NCBI GenBank assembly: GCA_038207085.1
Contig: JBBRAE010000002.1
Location: forward strand, 128,001-192,000
Length of the DNA: 64,000 nt
DNA from: Armatimonadota bacterium
GTDB lineage: Bacteria; Armatimonadota; UBA5829; DTLH01
Direction: 5' to 3'
Each line of letters begins with the position of its first letter. The first letter of the stretch is position 1. This document shows, piece after piece, positions 56,722 to 64,000 of the stretch. The translations under genes were made by a program, and so were the position numbers. The notes under the pieces are model-generated. The model saw only the letters and a program-made list of their open reading frames with translations. It did not search any database and was not told the origin of the DNA.

Positions 56722-57570
56722 TTAGTAGGTCGGAACCGTGTTCATGCTCGGTGGATAGGTCATGGTTGGTCCAGACCCCACCGGCGCGGTTGTAGTTGTC
56801 ATCGTTGGCTGCGTGACCGCAAAGCCCATGCCTTCATGTGCAAACGGATATCTGCTGACATCCATTACGCTGTTCGGGTTCAGGCCATACTCGCGGGCGA
56901 TCTGCTGCCAGGTGTAACCGCGGTCTGTCCAGGAAAGGACTTCCTGAGTCGATGCGCCGGTCTTGGCGGCGATGTTGGTCGCGACGGCGATGTCCTGCCA
57001 TCGATAGCCGAGCCTTGAGAGTCTCTCAGCATCGTAGCGGGTCAGCACCGGGTTGCCCCAGGGATCGGTCTTGTAGTAGATCGGCTGGTAGCCGTATTCG
57101 GTTGAATACCCAGCGACTCTGGTCATGACTGCCGGCGCGGATGTGATCGCGACGAGCGACAGGTTGCAGCGAGTCGCGATGTCCGAATAGGCCATGCCCT
57201 GGCTGCGAAGTGCGGCAATCTCAAGGATCGGACGTTTCGCCTGCATGGCGATATTGGCCATCAGTTGAATGTCACCCCAACTCCATCCGGCGGCGCGCAG
57301 CTGCATTACGGAGTTGCGGTCCACTCCGAAGTTGGCGACTGCCAGGTTGGTGTTGAATGCCTCGACCTCGGCCGAAGTCATCGGCATTGTGGTCGAAGGC
57401 ATGGTTGAAGGCATCATAGACGGCATTGTTGGCGTCGTGGCCGGCGGCATTGTCTCATGAGCCGGTCCGGATCCAGCCGGAGGCTGCGCAAGCGGAACAT
57501 TGTTTCCGTTTGCGAAGACTGCGACACTGATCGCCAGCAATAGAACTACTAGAATTGTTGTGAAGCGCAT
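56722..57570 (-). CDS. Secreted hypothetical protein with a duplicated helical domain
   Basis: AAGGAGG RBS; signal peptide; two related LxxxGxxWxxI...NIA units; Pro/Thr/Met-rich linkers. Confidence 0.75.
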   Translation of the reverse strand: MRFTTILVVLLLAISVAVFANGNNVPLAQPPAGSGPAHETMPPATTPTMPSMMPSTMPSTTMPMTSAEVEAFNTNLAVANFGVDRNSVMQLRAAGWSWGDIQLMANIAMQAKRPILEIAALRSQGMAYSDIATRCNLSLVAITSAPAVMTRVAGYSTEYGYQPIYYKTDPWGNPVLTRYDAERLSRLGYRWQDIAVATNIAAKTGASTQEVLSWTDRGYTWQQIAREYGLNPNSVMDVSRYPFAHEGMGFAVTQPTMTTTTAPVGSGPTMTYPPSMNTVPTY

Positions 57571-58069
57571 TGTGTTCCCTCCTTGACGGTGGTTTAGCGC
57601 CGCATATCCATTGCGGCGGACTCCAGGCAAAATACTGCCCAAACTAATCAATCGCGAAAAACGGTATCATAAATTGGAAGTGGCGCCCACCTCCTTTCGT
57701 ATAGAAGCCGGATATAAATAGGCTCCAGCACGGCAAGCATACCCAGGCTGTCAAACATGGCAAACATTCAAGCGGAAAGATATCATATTAGCTGAACAAT
57801 TGTCATAGATGAGCTTGTTGGAGGGCCGGTAGATGAAGAAGTGGATATGGGTAATCGTCGGCGCCGCGTGCGCGAAGCCCTCACCCTGTCACAAGCTCGC
57901 GTCGACCACATGACCGCGGCGCTTGTTTACCTGTCCCCATCCCCGGGCTCGCGGGTAAAGCGGGTCGATATCAACTCCATCAGCACGCGGACCGGGCACG
58001 AGACTGATCGCACCGCCTGGTCTTCCTCAGATCGCTAGTTCTTTGTCTGGACTTCTACAGACTCTACTG

Positions 58070-58112
58070 TTAACCGCTACGAAATCCGCCCGTAACAATA
58101 GGGTGGCATAAT
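58070..58112 (+). promoter_or_regulatory. GlnR-box-like 11-bp-periodic sites plus extended -10 upstream of amtB
   Basis: TTAAC-n6-GAAAT-n6-GTAAC followed by TGgCATAAT. Confidence 0.55.
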
Positions 58113-58199
58113 CTTATTGTAAGTTGCAGTAAGAGCTCACTGCCCGGTGGCAACCGGCCAGTTGCCACCAATGTCCGATTACAGAGAGGAGACAGCTAC

Positions 58200-59759
58200 A
58201 TGTCCAGAACAAGACTCAATATGTGGATCATTCTGATCTGCGCGTTTCTATCCCTCGCCTCAGCGGCCGTAGTGCTCGCCGCAGGACCCGTCAACGATGT
58301 TGACGGCACCAAAACAGGCACCGCGCAGGATGTAGTCGGGGCGACGGCAGGAGCGCCCTCGGCTGAAGATCTCACCACTGCCAAGACAAGTGAACCGTTT
58401 GCAGCAAAACTCGCAGACGTCGTCGGCCAAAACAGGGTGGGCCTCAACCTGACCTGGACCCTGATCGCGGGGTTCCTCGTTATGTTTATGCAAGCGGGGT
58501 TCGCTCTCGTTGAGACCGGTTTCACCAGGGCCAAGAATGCGGCCCACACCATGTTTATGAACTTTTCGGTCTACGCGATAGGTATAATCGGTTTCTTTAT
58601 CTGCGGGTTCGCCTTTATGTATGGCAACGCGGGGCCGATAGGAAACCTTGGAGGGACCCCCGCGCTTGCCGGAGGACACGAGCTCTATATAACGCTTTTC
58701 GGCAAGCAAATGGGGATCATCGGAACAAGCGGGTTCTTCCTTGGAGGCAAGTGCTACGACGTTATGGTCGCTGCCTTGTTCCTGTTCCAAATGTGCTTTA
58801 TGGACACGGCGGTCACGATCCCGACCGGTGCGCTCGCCGAGCGCTGGAGGCTCAAGAGCTTCGTTGTCTACGGGTTCTTTATGTCGATGTTTCTCTATCC
58901 GATATTTGGAAACTGGGCGTGGGGCGGCGGATGGCTCGCCAAGCTCGGTGAGAACTTCGGTCTGGGAGCTGGCTATATGGACTTCGCCGGTTCCGGCGTC
59001 GTTCACTCCGTCGGTGGACTCTGCGGGCTGGCGGGCGCCATAGTGCTTGGCCCGAGAATCGGCAAGTTCAACCGTGACGGAAGCGCCAACGCGATTCCCG
59101 GCCATCACATTCCGATGGCGATCCTTGGAACACTGATTCTTGCCTTCGGCTGGTTTGGGTTCAACCCCGGAAGCACCCTTGGAGCGTCCGGCGGCAACAA
59201 CTTCCGCTTTGCGATGGTTGCGACAAACACGATGCTCGCATCGGCCGCCGGTATGGCGACGGCAATCATCTATATGCTCTGGAAGGTGGGCAAGCCTGAT
59301 CCTACGATGGGCGCAAACGGTATGCTAGCGGGGCTCGTTGCGATCACCGCGCCGTGTGCTTTCGTAAACCCGATGGCTGCTGTCCTGATCGGCGGCATCG
59401 CCGGTATCCTGGTGTGCGTTTCGGTCTACTTTGTCGACAGGATTCACGTTGACGACCCTGTGGGTGCGATCTCCGTTCACGGAGCTTGCGGACTCTTTGG
59501 TGTTCTCTCGGTCGGACTCTTCTCTGACGGCACCTTCAACGGCGTCAAGGGCATCTTCTACGGAGGCGCCATGGGCCAGCTCTGGGCGCAGATCATAGGT
59601 ATCATCACGCTGATCGTCTGGGCGTTTGGAGTGAGCTTTGTCTTCTTTAAGGTTATGGACAAGATAATCCCGATGCGCTCACCCAAAGACGAAGAGATCG
59701 GCGGGCTCGACCTTCCCGAGACGGGTATCCTTGCATACCCCGAGTTCGAACTGAGATAA
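58200..59759 (+). CDS. amtB: Ammonium transporter
   Basis: FMQAGFALVETG, DFAGSGVVH, WFGFNPGS, DDPVGAISVHG. Confidence 0.97.
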   Translation: MSRTRLNMWIILICAFLSLASAAVVLAAGPVNDVDGTKTGTAQDVVGATAGAPSAEDLTTAKTSEPFAAKLADVVGQNRVGLNLTWTLIAGFLVMFMQAGFALVETGFTRAKNAAHTMFMNFSVYAIGIIGFFICGFAFMYGNAGPIGNLGGTPALAGGHELYITLFGKQMGIIGTSGFFLGGKCYDVMVAALFLFQMCFMDTAVTIPTGALAERWRLKSFVVYGFFMSMFLYPIFGNWAWGGGWLAKLGENFGLGAGYMDFAGSGVVHSVGGLCGLAGAIVLGPRIGKFNRDGSANAIPGHHIPMAILGTLILAFGWFGFNPGSTLGASGGNNFRFAMVATNTMLASAAGMATAIIYMLWKVGKPDPTMGANGMLAGLVAITAPCAFVNPMAAVLIGGIAGILVCVSVYFVDRIHVDDPVGAISVHGACGLFGVLSVGLFSDGTFNGVKGIFYGGAMGQLWAQIIGIITLIVWAFGVSFVFFKVMDKIIPMRSPKDEEIGGLDLPETGILAYPEFELR

Positions 59760-59772
59760 TAGGAGGCTATAA

Positions 59773-60114
59773 ATGATTAAAATAGAAGCTATAATCAGGC
59801 CGAACAGGCTGGACGATGTGAAGGCTGCGCTCGATGACCTAGGGCTCTGGGGAATCACCGTCACCCACGTGATGGGAAGCGGCAAGCAGAGAGGCCGCAC
59901 CCAGCACTACCGGGGCCAGGAGTATGTGGTCAACCTGCTCGACAAGGTGAAGATAGAGACGGTCGTTATGGACGATCAGGCCGAGGCTGTGGTCGAGGCG
60001 ATATCTGCTTCCGCTTCGACAGGTGAGATCGGCGACGGAAAGATCTTCGTCACCAAAGTTGACAACGCGGTTAGAATCAGAACCCGCGAGTCAGGAGACG
60101 CAGCGCTCCGGTAA
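59773..60114 (+). CDS. glnK: P-II nitrogen regulatory protein
   Basis: KIEAIIRP, YRGQEY T-loop, TGEIGDGKIFV, RIRT; linked to amtB. Confidence 0.95.
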   Translation: MIKIEAIIRPNRLDDVKAALDDLGLWGITVTHVMGSGKQRGRTQHYRGQEYVVNLLDKVKIETVVMDDQAEAVVEAISASASTGEIGDGKIFVTKVDNAVRIRTRESGDAALR

Positions 60115-60131
60115 GTGAAAGATATCAAACC

Positions 60132-60203
60132 TTGTGCCGCGGGGACAATGCCGACCTAGTAGTAGTCCGGCTTCTTGTCCACCCAAATGTCCCCGCGGCA
60201 CAA
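60132..60203. repeat. 16-bp perfect inverted repeat with 40-nt spacer
   Basis: ttgtgccgcggggaca ... tgtccccgcggcacaa. Confidence 0.7.
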
Positions 60204-60256
60204 TACTACCTTCAGGCTCTGAACTCTATACTTTTTGAAGAAAGGACGGTCCCCGG

Positions 60257-61480
60257 ATGCACGGAACGGCGCTGCTCGGTTATCTTATACTGATTCTCGT
60301 CGCGGCAAGGGTCGGCGGGGAGATCGCTTGCCGCTTCAAACAACCAGCCGTCCTGGGTGAGCTTGTCGCTGGGATTTTGCTCGGGCTTTTGCCGTTTATC
60401 AGGCCAGCGGTCTCAAGCGAGACGGTGCTCTTTATCGCCGAAATCGGGGTTATTCTCCTGCTGTTTGAGGTGGGGCTCGACAGCGAACTCGGGGAGTTCT
60501 TGAAGGTCGGCAAGCCTGCGATGCTGGTCGCGATTATCGGTGTGTGTTTTCCGCTTGCGCTCTGCTATGCAGTTATGAAGGCGCTTTCCTACCCGACCTC
60601 GATCGCGCTGTTTCTAGGTGGGACGCTTACGGCTACAAGCGTTGGGATCACGGCGCGGGTGTTCTCCGACCTTCGCAGGATGCAGAGCAACGAGGCGAAG
60701 ATCGTGATCGGCGCTGCTGTGGTCGATGACATTCTGGGGCTATTGGTTCTTGCAGTGGTCGGGGCGATGGCTGGGACAGCCGCAGGAGAGTCGGCGCGCA
60801 ACCCGATATTCACAATCGCCCTTGCGATAGGGTTTCTCGTAGTCGCGGTGATAGCGGGCCTGAAGTTTGCGCCGTTTTTCCTCGGGGTCGCAAAACGGAT
60901 GCAGGGGCGGGGAGTGGTCGCGGTAAGTGCTTTTATCTTCGGCCTGGTTGTGGCGTATCTCGGCACGCTTGTCGGGCTTGCGGCGATTGTCGGGGCGTTT
61001 GCGGCGGGGCTTATTCTCGCCTCGACCGAGCACCGTTACCACATAACTGAGCGAATCCAGCCCGTCGCCGATATATTCGCGCCCGTCTTCTTCACTGTGG
61101 TCGGTATGCAGGTCGACTTGCGCTACCTGAACCCGTCGCATCCCGGTGCGTGGAAGGTGCTTGGGCTTGCGCTGCTCTTTTTCGCAATCGCCGTCCCGAC
61201 CAAGCTTGCGGCAGGCATGGGAGCGGTGAAGAAGGGTGTGAACAAGCTGACGGTCGGTATCGCGATGATCCCGCGCGGCGAGGTGGGCCTGATCTTTGCA
61301 AATGTGGGCTTTCACGCGAGGCCGCAGGTGCTCACCCCTGAGCTTTACAGCGCGATGGTGATCGCCATTATGCTGACGACGCTGATTACCCCGCCGTGGC
61401 TGAAGGCTCAGATTTTCCGCAGTCGCAGGCGAAACTCAGCTGTGCATGATGAAGAGGCAGTCGTCGAGTCTGTCACCTAG
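60257..61480 (+). CDS. CPA2 family cation:proton antiporter
   Basis: QPAVLGEL, ATSVGIT, AAVVDD, MIPRGEV. Confidence 0.92.
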   Translation: MHGTALLGYLILILVAARVGGEIACRFKQPAVLGELVAGILLGLLPFIRPAVSSETVLFIAEIGVILLLFEVGLDSELGEFLKVGKPAMLVAIIGVCFPLALCYAVMKALSYPTSIALFLGGTLTATSVGITARVFSDLRRMQSNEAKIVIGAAVVDDILGLLVLAVVGAMAGTAAGESARNPIFTIALAIGFLVVAVIAGLKFAPFFLGVAKRMQGRGVVAVSAFIFGLVVAYLGTLVGLAAIVGAFAAGLILASTEHRYHITERIQPVADIFAPVFFTVVGMQVDLRYLNPSHPGAWKVLGLALLFFAIAVPTKLAAGMGAVKKGVNKLTVGIAMIPRGEVGLIFANVGFHARPQVLTPELYSAMVIAIMLTTLITPPWLKAQIFRSRRRNSAVHDEEAVVESVT

Positions 61481-61702
61481 ATTTTTTTCTTCGCTTGTAC
61501 CGAGCGCATATCCTGACAGCTGGGCTCCGAATCGGCAGATTAGTCCGACACTAGAGGACTTTCACCAGAGGAGACTGTCGCGTTTTTTGCCCGTGAGGAG
61601 AAGAGACCTGCTGCTTGACGGTAATCTCCTGTGCGAAAACGGGGCGAACTTTGCGATTCACCCCGTTTCATAACTGGCTACTGGCGACTAGCCACTAGCT
61701 GC

Positions 61703-64000
61703 TTATACCAATTTGTCACCGTCGAGCAGCGCAAGCTCAAGCACTTCGTCGGCGTGCTCTACCAGCTTGAAGGTCATATCCGCTACGACGTTCTCCGGTA
61801 TCTCCTCTAGGTCTTTTTCGTTCTCCTTGGGGAGAATCACCGTGCGGATGCCCGCTCGGTGGGCGGCCAGGACTTTTTCTTTCAGACCGCCGATTGGGAG
61901 CACTCGGCCGCGGAGCGTGATCTCGCCGGTCATGGCTACGTCTTTTCGTATCCGGCGCTTGGTGATCGCCGACGCTAGAGCGGTCGCCATCGTGATTCCG
62001 GCACTGGGGCCGTCCTTGGGGACTGCGCCCGCCGGGACGTGGATGTGGACGTCGGTGCGCTGGGTGAACTCCTCGTCGATGTCGAGAAGCCTCGCGCGGG
62101 AGCGAATATAAGTCATCGCGGCTTGAGCGGACTCTTTCATCACGTCGCCCAACTGGCCTGTAAGGATCAAACGGCCCTCGTTTGACTTCATCAGCCCGAC
62201 CTCGATCTGCATCACGTCGCCACCAAACTCGGTGTAGGCAAGGCCCGTCGCCGCGCCCACTTCGTCTTTTTCTTCGGCCATTCCGTAGTGGTACTTGCGC
62301 GCGCCGAGGTAGGTCTTTAGATCGTCCACGCCGACTGTAACTTTGTCGGTCTTGCCTTCGGCCACCTTTTTGGCGACCTTGCGGCAGATGGATGCGATCT
62401 CGCGCTCCAGACCACGCACGCCAGCCTCACGGGTGTACTCGCGCACGAGCTTGCGAAGCGCGGCGTCTTCAAAGGCGATGTTTTCGCACGTCAGGCCGTT
62501 TTCTCCGAGCTGCTTGGGCACGAGGTAGTGCAGGGCGATCTGAAGTTTCTCATCCTCGATGTACCCCGCAAACGGGATCACTTCCATCCGGTCGCGCAAT
62601 GGCGGCGGGATGGTGTCGAGGAGGTTCGCCGTGGTGATGAACATCACGTCGGAGAGGTCAAAGGGCACCTCAAGGTAGTGATCGGAAAATGCGTTGTTCT
62701 GCTCCGGGTCAAGCGCCTCAAGAAGCGCGGAACTCGGGTCGCCCCTGAAGTCCTGACCGATCTTGTCGATCTCGTCGAGCATGAAGACCGGGTTGCGGAA
62801 GCCAGACTGCTTGATTCCCTGGATGATTCTGCCAGGAAGCGCGCCGACGTAGGTGCGGCGGTGGCCCCTGATCTCGGCCTCGTCGCGGATGCCGCCGAGT
62901 GATATCCGGTGGAACTTGCGCCCGAGCGCCCGGGCGATAGACTTGCCGATCGAGGTCTTGCCGACTCCTGGAGGTCCCACAAAGCAGAGGATCGGCCCGC
63001 GCATCTTGCCAGAGAGCTTGCGCACCGCGAGAAACTCGAGGACACGCTCTTTGACCCGGGCGAGGCCGTAGTGGTCGGCGTCGAGGATAGCCTGCGCCGC
63101 ATCGATCTCGATTGTCTCGGGCGATGTTTTGTCCCAGGGAAGGGTGGTCAGCCAGTCGAGATAGGTGCGCACTACCACGCCGTCAGGCGCAGCGTAGGGC
63201 ATCTTCTCAAGGCGGTCGACCTCTTTTAAGGCGCGCTCAGTGACCTCATGAGGCATTTTTGCCTCAGCGATCTTGATCTTATACTCTTCGATCTCGCTTG
63301 TGCGCTCGTCGCGGTCGCCGAGCTCCTGCTGGATGGCTTTTAGCTGTTCGCGCAGGATAAACTCTTTTTGGGTGTCCCCCATCTCTTTTTCGACCCTTGA
63401 TCGGATATTCTTGTGGATCTCAAGGATCTCGACCTCGCGCGCGAGGACGACGTTTAGCCGCTCCAGCCGCTGGTCGACCGAAAGCGCCTCCAGTATCTCC
63501 TGCTTGGCAGCGACGGGGACGCCGAGGTGGTGGGCGACGGTGTCGCAGAGGCGGCCGGCTTCGCTGATGCTTGCGACGGTGATGATCGCCTCGGGCGGGA
63601 TCGTTCGGCTGTTTTGCACGACGATCTCGAACTGTCGGAGCACTTCGCGCCGCTGTGCCTCGACTTCGACTCCGTTCGCGGCCTTCTCAGCAAGAGGTTT
63701 GATCTGGGCCTTCAAAAACGGGTCGGTGTGCACGAACTTGACGACCTTGACCCGCGCGACGCCTTCAAGCATCAGGCGAACCGCGCCGTCGGGGACGCGC
63801 AAAACCTGCATAACCTCGACCACGAGGCCGATGTCGTAGAGGTCCTCGGGCTCCGGGTCCTCGGTCCCGATCTCATGCTGGGAGAGCAGGATCATCTTGC
63901 GGTTCTTCCCGATCGCCTCGTCAAGGCTCCTGATGGACTTCTCGCGCCCGACAAGGAGCGGAAAAAGCATCTGTGGGAAGTACACCTGGTCGCGCACCGG
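61703..64000 (-). CDS. lon: Lon protease (5' end outside window)
   Basis: [29 protein letters not shown] Ser and GGLKEK Lys dyad. Confidence 0.98.
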   Translation of the reverse strand, partial: PVRDQVYFPQMLFPLLVGREKSIRSLDEAIGKNRKMILLSQHEIGTEDPEPEDLYDIGLVVEVMQVLRVPDGAVRLMLEGVARVKVVKFVHTDPFLKAQIKPLAEKAANGVEVEAQRREVLRQFEIVVQNSRTIPPEAIITVASISEAGRLCDTVAHHLGVPVAAKQEILEALSVDQRLERLNVVLAREVEILEIHKNIRSRVEKEMGDTQKEFILREQLKAIQQELGDRDERTSEIEEYKIKIAEAKMPHEVTERALKEVDRLEKMPYAAPDGVVVRTYLDWLTTLPWDKTSPETIEIDAAQAILDADHYGLARVKERVLEFLAVRKLSGKMRGPILCFVGPPGVGKTSIGKSIARALGRKFHRISLGGIRDEAEIRGHRRTYVGALPGRIIQGIKQSGFRNPVFMLDEIDKIGQDFRGDPSSALLEALDPEQNNAFSDHYLEVPFDLSDVMFITTANLLDTIPPPLRDRMEVIPFAGYIEDEKLQIALHYLVPKQLGENGLTCENIAFEDAALRKLVREYTREAGVRGLEREIASICRKVAKKVAEGKTDKVTVGVDDLKTYLGARKYHYGMAEEKDEVGAATGLAYTEFGGDVMQIEVGLMKSNEGRLILTGQLGDVMKESAQAAMTYIRSRARLLDIDEEFTQRTDVHIHVPAGAVPKDGPSAGITMATALASAITKRRIRKDVAMTGEITLRGRVLPIGGLKEKVLAAHRAGIRTVILPKENEKDLEEIPENVVADMTFKLVEHADEVLELALLDGDKLV

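Noticed and set aside
57833..58038. MKKWIWVIVGAA start with RBS plus an overlapping 65-aa ORF
   Set aside because: The first frame stops after 26 codons; it may be a pseudogene scar but cannot be assigned.

Overview
GC-rich bacterial chromosomal window. It combines outer-membrane genes (TolC, LolA-like) with a T-box riboswitch, an Lrp/aminotransferase pair and many glycan enzymes, which suggests Armatimonadota or a similar diderm Terrabacteria lineage (inference). Housekeeping genes: folC (3' end), pcrA, nfo, SWIM-SNF2 helicase, valS, mutL, MTAP-family phosphorylase, amtB-glnK, a CPA2 antiporter and lon (5'-truncated). Accessory content: an AT-richer C-protein/NotI-family REase/Dam-type MTase island, two type II TA loci (hicBA; antitoxin plus frameshifted relE), an AbrB-ABC-LolA-TolC-RND operon, a multiheme cytochrome lipoprotein, a nucleotidyltransferase/TIM-barrel pair, several CAZymes (two with altered active-site motifs) and at least four families of small repeats. 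The most unusual locus is 22.7-26.9 kb, read on the minus strand: promoter, hicB-hicA, a Val T-box starting at the hicA stop and carrying a 73-bp MITE in its stem II loop, an orphan membrane gene, then valS. No rRNA, tRNA, CRISPR array or transposase was recognised.
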